This document shows, piece by piece, positions 49,852-59,771 of a stretch of DNA of 64,000 nt. The notes beneath the pieces are model-generated. The model had not been told where the DNA came from, ran no database searches, and saw only the letters and a program-made list of their open reading frames with translations. Every line of letters begins with the position of its first letter. The first letter of the stretch is position 1. The stretch is taken from the NCBI GenBank assembly GCA_016935525.1, contig JAFGQU010000007.1:9057-73056 (forward strand), given 5' to 3'. This DNA comes from Candidatus Omnitrophota bacterium. Lineage in GTDB: Bacteria; Omnitrophota; Gorgyraeia; Duberdicusellales; 4484-171. A program made the position numbers and the translations under genes.

Positions 49852-50487
49852 ATGAAAAGAAAATCATTATTCATCACGCTCGAAGGATTGGAAGGCTGCG
49901 GGAAAAGCAGCGTGATCACGCATCTTGCGGGATATCTGCGTAAAAAGAAACTCGCGGTCGGGGTCTTTCGGGAACCGGGTTCGACTAAAACCGGCGAGAA
50001 GATCAGGCAGATTCTTCTTGGGAAAAAGAACAATGTGTCGCCACATACCGAACTGCTCCTGTATCTTGCCGCGCGTACCCAGCTGATCGAAGAGCAATTG
50101 CAGGACGCGTTTATGCGGTACGATATCGTGTTATGCGACCGGTTTTTCGATTCGACCATCGCTTACCAGGGATATGGGTTAGGATTAGGTAAGACAGTCG
50201 AGGCCGCGGTAAAAAAATTTTCGTTAGGGATCACGCCCGATCTGACTGTTTTTCTTGAGACCGACGTGAAAATCTCGTTAGGCCGGATTAAAAATAAAGA
50301 CCGGATCGAAAGCCGGTCGTTTGAGTTCCATAGCCGTCTTAAACGGGGATTTAAAGAGATTGCCCGTAAAAATCCCCGCCGGGTGAGAGTGATCAAAGCC
50401 GATAAAAGCCTGGAAGCTGTATATCGTGATCTCGAGGAGATGATCGACCAATGGTTACAGAAAAAAGGGGTTACCCCGAAGTCTTAG
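49852..50487 (+). CDS. tmk: thymidylate kinase
   Basis: EGLEGCGKSS, REPG, CDRFFDSTIAYQGYG. Confidence 0.95.
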   Translation: MKRKSLFITLEGLEGCGKSSVITHLAGYLRKKKLAVGVFREPGSTKTGEKIRQILLGKKNNVSPHTELLLYLAARTQLIEEQLQDAFMRYDIVLCDRFFDSTIAYQGYGLGLGKTVEAAVKKFSLGITPDLTVFLETDVKISLGRIKNKDRIESRSFEFHSRLKRGFKEIARKNPRRVRVIKADKSLEAVYRDLEEMIDQWLQKKGVTPKS

Positions 50488-51257
50488 ATTATTTTGTCAG
50501 TTTAAAACGTCATGAGCGGATTGCTCCGGCATATTTATTCGTCGGGGAAGGTCTGCTCCCGTTTACTCGAGAGATCGTCCAGTTATGCACCTGTGAGGTG
50601 AGTGATTATCCTTGTAAAAAGTGCCGTCATTGCCAGAGAATAACGCAAGACCTCATACCGGATTATCTGCTCATCGATGAAGAGACGTCGATAAAGATCG
50701 ATCAGATCCGCCAGGCCCAACAGTTTTTGAGCACTAAACCGTCGTTTTTATCGCGTAAAATGCTCCTGATAAATCAGGCGCATATGATGACGGAGGAAGC
50801 CGCGCACGCATTTTTGAAGGCCCTGGAAGAACCGCCTAAAGGAGCCGTTATTATCCTGATCTCTTCCCGGATAGATAAATTATTCCCGACGATCATATCC
50901 CGTACGCGGCGTATCTATTTCCCGCATCACCAGCAAAGGTACGCTTTCAATGACTCTGCGCGTGTGGCCGGTTTTTTCTCTCATCAGGCTCTCACCTTGA
51001 AAGAACGGGCCTCATCCCGACGGGTGTTTGACGACCTGGTAGTATTGTTACGGGACGCGTTGATCTTCCGGATCTTAAAGGATAAAAAGCTGTTGCTGTC
51101 ACCGGATAGTTATGAGATAATTCTACCTCTAAAAACCGCCTCGTCCGGATATATCCGTTGTCTGGAACATATTTTGAAGATATACGATGACTTGGATACG
51201 ATAAATCTAAATTTAGCATCCCAGCTTATCCTGCGGGCAGCCGAGGGTATTCATTAA
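50451..51257 (+). CDS. holB: DNA polymerase III delta-prime subunit
   Basis: AYLFVG, zinc motif, IKIDQIR, AFLKALEEPP, PTIISR; tmk-holB-yaaT synteny. Confidence 0.85.
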   Translation: MVTEKRGYPEVLDYFVSLKRHERIAPAYLFVGEGLLPFTREIVQLCTCEVSDYPCKKCRHCQRITQDLIPDYLLIDEETSIKIDQIRQAQQFLSTKPSFLSRKMLLINQAHMMTEEAAHAFLKALEEPPKGAVIILISSRIDKLFPTIISRTRRIYFPHHQQRYAFNDSARVAGFFSHQALTLKERASSRRVFDDLVVLLRDALIFRILKDKKLLLSPDSYEIILPLKTASSGYIRCLEHILKIYDDLDTINLNLASQLILRAAEGIH

Positions 51258-51269
51258 GAAAGGCGATAT

Positions 51270-52202
51270 ATGTCTGAACACGACGAACAGGAACAATTCC
51301 CCGAGCATCCCGAACAGCCGGCATCACCGGAAATGTATGAAGAATATTCCGATGAAGACGCCCTGTCTCAAGAAGTCCCCGAATCTTCTGAACCGGTCTC
51401 TACTCCACAATCCGCTTCCGGTGGTAAATCCCGAATCGCTCTGGTGCGGTTGAGAGAAGCCGGCAATATCATCGCGTATAGCGGGCCGGATGAGATGAAA
51501 GCCGGAGATAAGGTGATCGTTGAAGCTGACCGAGGCATCGATTATGGCGAGATCCTGGAGATACCGACCGAAGAAGTGATCGCCAGCGGAAAAAAAGTGA
51601 TACGGGTAATGACTTCCGAAGACCTTCGTCAGATCAAAGAGAACAAAAAACAGGCAAAAGACGCGTTACAGATCTGTTCGCGAAAGGTGAGGGAACGTAA
51701 ACTGGACATGAAACTGGTCGAAGCGGAATATTCTTATGATAAGAAGAAGATAATCTTCTATTTTACTGCCGAAGGCAGGGTGGATTTCCGGGAACTGGTC
51801 AAAGATCTGGCTAAAGTATTCAAGATCAGGATCGAGATGCGTCAAATCGGGGTACGCGACGAAGCCCGTCTTTTCGGCGGATTCGGCCCTTGCGGCCAGT
51901 CGTTATGTTGCGTACGGTTTTTAAAAAATTTCGAACCGGTAAGTATCAAGATGGCGAAAGTCCAAAAACTCCCGCTGAACCCTTCGAAAATATCCGGTAT
52001 CTGCGGCAGGCTTATGTGTTGCCTTTTCTATGAATATAAAAGTTATAAAGAATTCTCTAAAGGACTGCCGAAAGAAGGACAATCGCTTCAGACTCCCCGC
52101 GGTAAAGGGAAAGTCATCGGAGTGAATGTCTATAAACGCCAGGTCTATGTGGAATTCGAAGACGGATTTATCGAAAAGGTAAGTTTCCCTTCCAATGAAT
52201 AA
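51270..52202 (+). CDS. yaaT: PSP1 domain protein (YaaT/RicT family) with acidic N-terminal extension
   Basis: RVDFRELVK, RIEMRQIGVRDEA, GPCG..LCC, SGICGRLMCC. Confidence 0.9.
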   Translation: MSEHDEQEQFPEHPEQPASPEMYEEYSDEDALSQEVPESSEPVSTPQSASGGKSRIALVRLREAGNIIAYSGPDEMKAGDKVIVEADRGIDYGEILEIPTEEVIASGKKVIRVMTSEDLRQIKENKKQAKDALQICSRKVRERKLDMKLVEAEYSYDKKKIIFYFTAEGRVDFRELVKDLAKVFKIRIEMRQIGVRDEARLFGGFGPCGQSLCCVRFLKNFEPVSIKMAKVQKLPLNPSKISGICGRLMCCLFYEYKSYKEFSKGLPKEGQSLQTPRGKGKVIGVNVYKRQVYVEFEDGFIEKVSFPSNE

Positions 52203-53766
52203 GTGCTATATCACTACCCCGATCTATTATGTCAATGCTTCTCCCCATATCGGCCACGCCTATACGACGGTTGCCGCCGATGCCTATTGCCGGTTTAAAA
52301 AACTTACGGGAGTTGATACCTATTTTCTGACCGGTACCGACGAACACGGAGAAAAAATAAAAAAAGCTGCCGAAGCCGCAGGGGAAGAACCTCAAGGCTT
52401 CGTCGATGAGGTCATGCAGAATTTCAAAAAATTATGGCAGGTATTGAATGTCGAGTACAGTGATTTTATCCGTACGACGGATGCGCGGCATATCCGTGTC
52501 GTGCAGAAGGTTATCGCGACGTTGACGGCAAACGGGGATGTATATAAGTCCCGGTACCGGGGCTTCTATTGCCGTCCCTGCGAGGCGTTCTGGACCCAAA
52601 GCCAGGTAAAAGAAGCCGGCGGGTGTCCCGATTGTAAACGGGATGTTGAAGAGATTGTTGAAGAGAATTTCTTTTTCCGCCTTTCGAAATACGAAGGGTG
52701 GCTTAAAACCTATTTGAAGGAAAACCCGGATTTTATCCGGCCGAAGATCCGCTATAACGAAGTGGTGGGATTTCTCCAGCACAATCCTCTTGAAGACCTG
52801 TGTATTTCCCGTCCGAAGGAACGTATCACCTGGGGAATCGAGTTTCCCGGTGAAGCCCACTATGTTGTGTATGTGTGGTTTGACGCGTTGATCAATTATA
52901 TCAGCGCTCTGGGGTACGGCGAAGACCACGCCGCTTTTTCCCGTTGGTGGCCGGCGGAAATCCATTTCATGGCTAAAGATATTATCCGTCATCACGCGGT
53001 ATTCTGGCCGATTATGCTGCGTGCGTTAGGGGTGGAAATGCCCAAGACGGTCTTCGCTCACGGCTGGTGGAAGATAAACGATGAAAAAATGTCTAAATCA
53101 AGAGGAAACATCGTCAACCCGTTTGAATTTATTGAACAGTTCGGAGTCGATTCTTTGCGTTATTTCCTCCTGCGCGAGGTGCCGTTCGGCGCTGACGGGA
53201 ATTTTTCCTGGGACGCGGTTACGACCCGTTTAAACAGCGACCTGGCTAACGATCTGGGGAATCTGGTCTACCGGGTACTTAATATGAGCGAGAAATATTT
53301 TAACGGAAACATACCGGTTCCGTCTCATAAAACGATCCCGGATGTTTTCCATTCCTTTATCGGTGACCGGACATATTTGTTCGCCGAATATGCCAAAGCT
53401 ATGGATGAGGTGAATTTTTCGGGAGCACTCGAGAAAGTATGGAAATTCATCGGGACGATGAACAAATACATCGAAGACACTAAGCCCTGGGAATTAAAAA
53501 AATCTCAAAAAGAGAGCGAATTGCATCATTTTATCTGGTCTTTATTGCAGGGAATAACTATTGTTGCCGCCTATGTGTACCCGGTGATGCCGCAGACGGC
53601 TGAGAGTATTTTTCGGCAACTGGGCGGCCCGGGAAGTATCGAAGGGTTATTGCAGGAGGGGTTAGAAAAGAATACGATATGGACTATAGACGCTGTTTTT
53701 AACATCAAAAAAGAGAATCCGCTTTTTCCGCGAATCGATGTGAAGGACACAGATGATCACAGATGA
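52195..53766 (+). CDS. metG: methionine--tRNA ligase (short form, no C-terminal tRNA-binding domain)
   Basis: ITTPIYYVN..PHIGH, YVWFDAL, KMSKS, PLFPRI. Confidence 0.96.
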   Translation: MNKCYITTPIYYVNASPHIGHAYTTVAADAYCRFKKLTGVDTYFLTGTDEHGEKIKKAAEAAGEEPQGFVDEVMQNFKKLWQVLNVEYSDFIRTTDARHIRVVQKVIATLTANGDVYKSRYRGFYCRPCEAFWTQSQVKEAGGCPDCKRDVEEIVEENFFFRLSKYEGWLKTYLKENPDFIRPKIRYNEVVGFLQHNPLEDLCISRPKERITWGIEFPGEAHYVVYVWFDALINYISALGYGEDHAAFSRWWPAEIHFMAKDIIRHHAVFWPIMLRALGVEMPKTVFAHGWWKINDEKMSKSRGNIVNPFEFIEQFGVDSLRYFLLREVPFGADGNFSWDAVTTRLNSDLANDLGNLVYRVLNMSEKYFNGNIPVPSHKTIPDVFHSFIGDRTYLFAEYAKAMDEVNFSGALEKVWKFIGTMNKYIEDTKPWELKKSQKESELHHFIWSLLQGITIVAAYVYPVMPQTAESIFRQLGGPGSIEGLLQEGLEKNTIWTIDAVFNIKKENPLFPRIDVKDTDDHR

Positions 53767-53838
53767 CAGGGGAAACGCAGATGATCACAGAAAGATTCCA
53801 GCGATCATCAGTCGATTCCCGTCCGCGATCATCTGCGT
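53747..53838. repeat. inverted repeat array, CAGATGATC/GATCATCTG family, overlapping the metG stop
   Basis: acacagatgatcacagatgac...gcagatgatcacag ... gcgatcatcag...gcgatcatctgcg. Confidence 0.7.
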
Positions 53839-53850
53839 AATGCGTAGCGT

Positions 53851-54600
53851 ATGTTGATAGATACCCATTGTCACATCAACTCATTGAATGATGAGGAGCG
53901 TAAAGCTTTTGATGAAAAGGCGTTACCTTCTGAATACCGGTTCATCGATGTCAGTATCGACATCGAATCCAGTAAAAAATCTTTAGATATCGTTCAAAAG
54001 AATCCTCATCTGTATTCGGCAATAGGGTTCCACCCGTTTTCTATCGAATCGTTCGCCGAAGATACTATCTCCCGGTACGAAGAAATCATCGGCAATAACG
54101 ACAAAATAGTCGCGGTGGGGGAGATTGGCCTTGATTTTACCGCTAAATTTTCTACCCATGACCAGGTGCGTATTTTAAAACAGTTTATCGCTTTAGCGCA
54201 AAAATTCTCAAAACCGATAATCGTTCATAACCGGTTCAATGTGCCGATGATTTTCAGCGTCCTGGATGAATATTACGAGGATTATGAAAAGATCGTATTC
54301 CATTGTTTCAGCCAGGACGAGATATTCTTAAAGCGGGTAGTGAATAAGAGAGGGTATGCTTCGTTTTCGTTAAACGTATTACGGAAAAAAAGGGAGATCT
54401 TAAACTCTTTGCGTATGATCCCGCTGGACCGGTTGTTGCTTGAGACGGATTCGCCTTATATGCAGATCCGTAACGAACGGTCATCCCCTTTGGATATCGA
54501 TAAAGTATATGCGTTTGCCGCCGATATCAAACAGATCGACATCGGGCAATTGGCCGAAAAAGTAAGTGAGAATGTGCGGAACGTATTTGGGATTGAGTAG
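53851..54600 (+). CDS. tatD: TatD family hydrolase
   Basis: IDTHCH, GFHP, GEIGLD, HCFS, ETDSPY. Confidence 0.93.
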   Translation: MLIDTHCHINSLNDEERKAFDEKALPSEYRFIDVSIDIESSKKSLDIVQKNPHLYSAIGFHPFSIESFAEDTISRYEEIIGNNDKIVAVGEIGLDFTAKFSTHDQVRILKQFIALAQKFSKPIIVHNRFNVPMIFSVLDEYYEDYEKIVFHCFSQDEIFLKRVVNKRGYASFSLNVLRKKREILNSLRMIPLDRLLLETDSPYMQIRNERSSPLDIDKVYAFAADIKQIDIGQLAEKVSENVRNVFGIE

Positions 54601-54621
54601 GGGCGGCCCTTGCGTCCGCCC
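54597..54621 (+). repeat. GTAG-type REP-like palindrome
   Basis: GTAG followed by the hairpin gggcgg-cccttgcgt-ccgccc; the TAG is the tatD stop codon. Confidence 0.5.
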
Positions 54622-54671
54622 GAAATAATAATATAAAATTGATCATCTGTGTAAGCCCGGAGGGCGTGGTT

Positions 54672-55727
54672 ATGGATTCTATCCGGTTCAAAAACGATAG
54701 GTTATGGTACCTCGATCAGACGCAGTTACCGTTAAAAGAGAAATGGTATGTCGCCGATACGGTAGATGAGGTATATGAGGCGATCGTGAGGTTAAAGATA
54801 CGCGGGGCGCCTTTGATCGGCGTGTTTTGCGCCTACGGCGTCTATATCGCGATGAAAAAGACCGCTTCAAACTGCCGCCGTAAAGATGTTTTTTTAAAAC
54901 AGACGTATAAGATAATCGATCACCTCAAAACATCGCGTCCGACGGCGGTAAATCTTTTCTGGGCGTTAGACCGGATAAAGAATGCCGTCGCCCAGAACGG
55001 ACACAGGACTATCGGGGAGATAACCCGCGCGGTACTAAACGAAGCAAAAACGATCCATGCCCAGGACCGGCAGTTGTGTGCCCGTATCGGAGAGTACGGC
55101 ATGCGGGTCATCCGGCGCGGCGATTCTATCCTGACCCATTGTAACGCGGGGTGTCTTGCGACCGCAGGCGAGGGAACGGCGCTTTCGGTCATCTTTGCCG
55201 CCGCGCGTATCTACGGGAAAAAGAATATCCATGTGTTTGTCGATGAGACCAGGCCCCTTCTTCAGGGAGCGCGATTGACCGCCTGGGAATTGACTAAAAA
55301 ACAGATACCGGCAACGTTGATCACCGACAATATGGCCGGATTCCTCATGCAGCAGGGAAAGATCGATAAGATCGTCGTCGGTGCCGACCGGATCGCCGCG
55401 AACGGGGATGTGGCGAATAAGATCGGGACCTACAGTGTTGCGGTCCTTGCCCGGCATCATCGTATCCCGTTCTATGTCGCCGCGCCGTTTTCGACGTTCG
55501 ATCTTAAAAAGAAAACGGGTAAACGTATTCCCATCGAACAGCGGAACTCTCAGGAAGTAACGATGATACTCGGAAAACTTCCCATCGCGCCGAAAACCGT
55601 CCCGGCCTATAATCCCGCCTTTGACGTGACCCCTCACGAATTGATCACCGCGATCATCACCGATCGCGGCATTATCAAGCCGCCGTATAAGCAGAATATA
55701 AAGAAGCGGTTTGATAAGGTCACATAG
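54672..55727 (+). CDS. mtnA: S-methyl-5-thioribose-1-phosphate isomerase
   Basis: LDQTQLP, RGAPLIG, RPTAVNL, THCNAG, ETRPLLQGARLT, NPAFDVTP. Confidence 0.95.
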   Translation: MDSIRFKNDRLWYLDQTQLPLKEKWYVADTVDEVYEAIVRLKIRGAPLIGVFCAYGVYIAMKKTASNCRRKDVFLKQTYKIIDHLKTSRPTAVNLFWALDRIKNAVAQNGHRTIGEITRAVLNEAKTIHAQDRQLCARIGEYGMRVIRRGDSILTHCNAGCLATAGEGTALSVIFAAARIYGKKNIHVFVDETRPLLQGARLTAWELTKKQIPATLITDNMAGFLMQQGKIDKIVVGADRIAANGDVANKIGTYSVAVLARHHRIPFYVAAPFSTFDLKKKTGKRIPIEQRNSQEVTMILGKLPIAPKTVPAYNPAFDVTPHELITAIITDRGIIKPPYKQNIKKRFDKVT

Positions 55728-55864
55728 TCACATGTCAGAAAGGCTTAATACGTGTGACATGTGACGTGAAACGTGTGACAAGCCTGCTTGCAGATTTACG
55801 TGTGATTATGTGACCTGCCCGCTCCTGACTTACAGGAGGGCAGTCGGGCGTGTGTCGTGTGACT
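55718..55864. repeat. GTCACA/TGTGAC family array with nested hairpins; supplies the mtnA stop codon
   Basis: ggtcacatagtcacatgtc ... gtgtgacatgtgacg...[gccc-gctcctg...caggagggc]...gtgtgtcgtgtgac. Confidence 0.8.
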
Positions 55865-55882
55865 TAATACGTAGAGGAATAT

Positions 55883-56827
55883 CTAATAAGAAGAGAATTC
55901 TAAATTATCAGGAGCGGGGACGATTAAATGATCCCGGATGAGGTCGTAGTATTTTTTTGTATATTCTGCTTTAAGGGGAGGAGTGATATGGTCGGCAGAA
56001 TCTCCCAGTTCGGCGTTCGGTACTGCGAATACGTGGTCAATGAGCGTGATGCCGGTGGTTTTGAGTATCCCGTTTATCTGCGTAATATAAGAAGAAGATG
56101 CGTGTACTTTCGAGTCCCAGAGCGGGCCGTGCAGATACAGGAGATTTATGCCGTGGGTTTTGCAGAGAATGATGATCTTTTTTAGAAACAACGTTTTATC
56201 CTTTTCTATAGAGCTTACCGGGATACCTTTCGCCTGAGTTAAGAATTGTTTTTTATCTTGCTGCTTTATATAATCGTCTCCTTTCCACCGCTCGTTGTCC
56301 TTTCTCGTTTTGAAAAGACCGAGGAGATCGTCGATGACGTCGCCTCTCGTTGTGTAAAGGGCTTTTATTACGGACAGTTTTTCCCGGGGAGCCAGTTCCA
56401 GCAGACCCTGAATGTCTCCGATAGAATAAAGGTACCCCTGGTATGAAATCTCGCGGCCCATCATATCCAATGTGTTCATGACGATAACGTTTTTAATCTG
56501 AAGATTTTTCTTTATTATTCTTTTCAAAAGATTATATTGCCCGGCAAACCCATAATAGCCGGTGAGCGCCGCGTTCATTGAGTTGGTGCGGGATAGCCGG
56601 GAAAACTCTTCCGCCGATATCGAATTCCCTAAAGAACTGTCGCCGATAAAAACCGTCTGGATGCCGCTGCTTTTGTCGATTTTATCGATTTGATACTGGT
56701 AAAGATATTTAAACGGATATTGTTCGATATTGACGGACAGGATTATCAATCTGACGGCGACACAGAAAAGAAACGCGTACACGCACCAGGCGGCTGTTTT
56801 TGATACGAATTTTTGCAGATCGTTCAT
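55883..56827 (-). CDS. membrane-anchored SGNH-like protein (MBOAT partner)
   Basis: N-terminal TM, FIGDSS block I, C-terminal DSADH (DxxH-like); co-oriented with the MBOAT gene. Confidence 0.6.
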   Translation of the reverse strand: MNDLQKFVSKTAAWCVYAFLFCVAVRLIILSVNIEQYPFKYLYQYQIDKIDKSSGIQTVFIGDSSLGNSISAEEFSRLSRTNSMNAALTGYYGFAGQYNLLKRIIKKNLQIKNVIVMNTLDMMGREISYQGYLYSIGDIQGLLELAPREKLSVIKALYTTRGDVIDDLLGLFKTRKDNERWKGDDYIKQQDKKQFLTQAKGIPVSSIEKDKTLFLKKIIILCKTHGINLLYLHGPLWDSKVHASSSYITQINGILKTTGITLIDHVFAVPNAELGDSADHITPPLKAEYTKKYYDLIRDHLIVPAPDNLEFSSY

Positions 56828-56832
56828 GATAG

Positions 56833-58260
56833 CTAAAACTTGAAATAAATAAATGCCTGCGGTTCAACGGTGAAAAAAACCAGGAGAAAGACCAGGACCG
56901 AATACACCCCGTACCGCAAGGCATAATGAACCCGGGGAGTAAATTCCAAAGCGTGCTGTTTATCCCGTTGTACCCATTCGAAGATGAGCATGAACAATAT
57001 CAAGACGATGAGTTTGCTGGGGAATTCGTGGACGGCATCGAATAACCCTTTTGACGCTATTTTTTTTATAACTACCCACCCCTGATATACGTTTTCCGAA
57101 CGGAAGAATATCCAGCCCAAGACAATAATGAAAAACGTGAATACCATATCGCGCAGTTCGTGCCATGTCGGCACTATCCTGTTTTGGGCTACCGTATCCA
57201 GATTACGGCGATTAGTCCCCAGGAAGATCAACGGTAAAAAACAGAACGCATTAATTAAGCCCCAGACGATAAAAGTCCAGTTCGCACCGTGCCAGAGCGC
57301 GCTTACGAGAAATATAATAAAAATATTGCATATTTTCCGTAGGTATCCTGTGTTACTTCCTCCCAGGGGGATATATACATAATCTCTGAACCAGCTGGTG
57401 AGCGAAATATGCCATCTTCTCCAGAACTCCGCGATATCCCGGGAGAAATAGGGGTAAGCGAAATTCCGCATAAGCGTAAATCCGAACAACCTGGCCGTAC
57501 CGATCGCAATATCCGAGTAACCGGAAAAATCGCCGTAGATCTGGAAAGCGAATAAAATTCCCCCCAGAAGTAATGTGCTGCCCGAATAATCGCCGTAATG
57601 GGCGAAGATGTCGTTGACATAATACGCGCAGGTGTCGGCAACGATCATTTTTTTGAACAGCCCCCACAGTATCTGCCGCATCCCGTCGACGGCTTGAGTG
57701 TAGTCGAACGCGCGTTTTTGGAGGAATTGCGGTAAGAGCTCTTTTGCCCGTTCAATGGGTCCGGCTACGAGTTGGGGGAAAAACGCGACGAACGCGAAAA
57801 ACGCGATAATATCTTTTTGCGGTGTGATCTTCCGGCGGTATACGTCGATAGAATAACTTAACGTCTGAAAAGTGTAGAAACTTATTCCGACCGGGATGAC
57901 GATATCTAACCTTTTAGCCTGGAATTCTGTTCCGAAAAGCCGGAAGACATTGATGAAGTTTTCGATGAAAAAATCATAGTACTTGAATATAAAAAGTATG
58001 CCGATATTTATTGCGATACTGAACAGTAAAAGCGCTTTTCTTCGAGTTTCTTTCTGCGCATACTGCAGATTGATCCCGACCAGATAATCTACTATAGAGC
58101 TGATAAAGATCAGCCCTAAAAACCGCCAGTCCCAAAAACCGTAGAATACATAGCTGGCGGTAAGGAGAAAAAGGTTCTGAATTTTTAAATCTCTTATTGC
58201 CCAGTAAAGGAAGAAGACGATCGGCAGGAATATCGCAAAATCTATGGAATTAAATAGCAT
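56833..58260 (-). CDS. MBOAT O-acyltransferase (AlgI/DltB family)
   Basis: PVGISFYTFQ, FFPQLVAGPIER, DFSGYSDIAIG, FWRRWHISL, LWHGANWTF. Confidence 0.95.
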   Translation of the reverse strand: MLFNSIDFAIFLPIVFFLYWAIRDLKIQNLFLLTASYVFYGFWDWRFLGLIFISSIVDYLVGINLQYAQKETRRKALLLFSIAINIGILFIFKYYDFFIENFINVFRLFGTEFQAKRLDIVIPVGISFYTFQTLSYSIDVYRRKITPQKDIIAFFAFVAFFPQLVAGPIERAKELLPQFLQKRAFDYTQAVDGMRQILWGLFKKMIVADTCAYYVNDIFAHYGDYSGSTLLLGGILFAFQIYGDFSGYSDIAIGTARLFGFTLMRNFAYPYFSRDIAEFWRRWHISLTSWFRDYVYIPLGGSNTGYLRKICNIFIIFLVSALWHGANWTFIVWGLINAFCFLPLIFLGTNRRNLDTVAQNRIVPTWHELRDMVFTFFIIVLGWIFFRSENVYQGWVVIKKIASKGLFDAVHEFPSKLIVLILFMLIFEWVQRDKQHALEFTPRVHYALRYGVYSVLVFLLVFFTVEPQAFIYFKF

Positions 58261-58370
58261 GGGTGATTCTAAATATCGGCATCAAGACTGTTATTTCCGG
58301 AAATGTAGACGTATCCTTATTGATAATGAATTCAGTATGCCATATCTCATATTGGTTTTCAATAAAAAGA

Positions 58371-58399
58371 TTGCACTGTGTAGGCAACATATCTATAAT
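58371..58399 (+). promoter_or_regulatory. putative sigma70 promoter of the thiL operon
   Basis: TTGCAC-17-TATAAT. Confidence 0.55.
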
Positions 58400-58431
58400 G
58401 TCAGAAATTGCCGAAAATAAAGATGTTTTTC

Positions 58432-58468
58432 ACGTATGACTATGTGGCCTTGTGTCGTGTGACTTTGT
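58432..58468. repeat. TGTGAC half-array
   Basis: gtatgactatgtggccttgtgtcgtgtgactttgt. Confidence 0.6.
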
Positions 58469-58471
58469 AGT

Positions 58472-59317
58472 ATGAACGAACTCCAATGGATCGAATATTT
58501 AAAGAAAGCTTCTCCCACACATCGCGATGTGATTGTGGGTATCGGCGATGACTGTGCGATAGTGAAGGGAAAAGGGCGCTACCTTCTTTTTACCAGCGAC
58601 CTTTTTATCGAACATGTCCATTTTACACGTCGGGGAGCTGATTTTAAGCAGTTAGGCAAAAGAGCCGCATCGCGCGCGCTTTCCGATATCGTCGCCTGTG
58701 GGGGAGTCCCGAAATATCTGGGGATTTCCGCCGGAATACCCAAAGGGACCTCGGCTCAACATATGAGGTCTTTATTCACCGGTATAAAAGAATACTGCCG
58801 GAAATATAAAATAGATATTGTCGGAGGAGACACGTCACAGTCATCGGTCTTATTCCTTGATATTTGGGCTGTAGGTGAGACAAAAAAATATGTCCTGCGC
58901 AGTACGGCCGTATCCGGTGACTATATTTTTGTCACGGGCCCATTGGGACGATTAAAGTTCGATCAACCGTGTCAATTACGAGCCAAAGAGATACAGGCGT
59001 TGGTCAAAGCCTATAAGGTGACTTCGATGATCGATATTTCCGACGGGTTCGTCCTTGATCTTTACCGGATCTTACAGGCAAGCAGAAAAGGCGCGTTGCT
59101 GTGGAGTGAGGAGATTCCCCTCACGCGCGGGAAGAAAGACCTCTACCGGGGAGAAGATTACGAACTCCTGTTTACAGTCGATAGACGTGAGAATATCGCT
59201 CAACTTGCAAAAAAGTATTTTCTGGTAGGCCGGATAAAAAATGCCGCCTTCGGGTATAAGATTGCCTCAGGTGGGAAGAACGAGGATGTCAGTGTCAAAG
59301 GATACCTGCACTTTTAA
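58472..59317 (+). CDS. thiL: thiamine-monophosphate kinase
   Basis: GIGDDCA, LSDI, GGDT, IDISDG, GEDYELLFT. Confidence 0.93.
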   Translation: MNELQWIEYLKKASPTHRDVIVGIGDDCAIVKGKGRYLLFTSDLFIEHVHFTRRGADFKQLGKRAASRALSDIVACGGVPKYLGISAGIPKGTSAQHMRSLFTGIKEYCRKYKIDIVGGDTSQSSVLFLDIWAVGETKKYVLRSTAVSGDYIFVTGPLGRLKFDQPCQLRAKEIQALVKAYKVTSMIDISDGFVLDLYRILQASRKGALLWSEEIPLTRGKKDLYRGEDYELLFTVDRRENIAQLAKKYFLVGRIKNAAFGYKIASGGKNEDVSVKGYLHF

Positions 59318-59771
59318 AAAGATAAGCCGTTCGCCGAAAGAGACTTTAAGTGTTGCTCAGGGATTAGGCCGTTCACTTAAAAGAGGTGATGTAGTATTGT
59401 TATGCGGCCCGTTGGGGGCGGGTAAGACCGTGTGTGTGAAAGGAATATTAAAAGGGTTGGGTATCGATAAGGATATCGTCAGGAGCTCTTCGTTTACTTT
59501 AATCCGGGAATACGGGAAAGAGAATAATAAGGTCTTTCATATTGATCTTTACCGTATCGATAAAATAAAAGAACTCGATTTACTGGGATACGAAGAATAT
59601 TTTTATGAGCCCCGCGGCATATCTTTAATAGAATGGGCTGATAAGGTCGAAGAAATGATCACTCGGTACGTGAAAGTAGGAATCGATTATATCGACGATA
59701 AAAGCCGGACGGTCATTATCGATTTTAAAAAGTTACCCCAACGCAAGCGAGATTACGATGAAATTACTTAG
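59286..59771 (+). CDS. tsaE: t6A biosynthesis ATPase TsaE
   Basis: GPLGAGKT, SSSFTL, HIDLYR, IEWA. Confidence 0.93.
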   Translation: MSVSKDTCTFKKISRSPKETLSVAQGLGRSLKRGDVVLLCGPLGAGKTVCVKGILKGLGIDKDIVRSSSFTLIREYGKENNKVFHIDLYRIDKIKELDLLGYEEYFYEPRGISLIEWADKVEEMITRYVKVGIDYIDDKSRTVIIDFKKLPQRKRDYDEIT

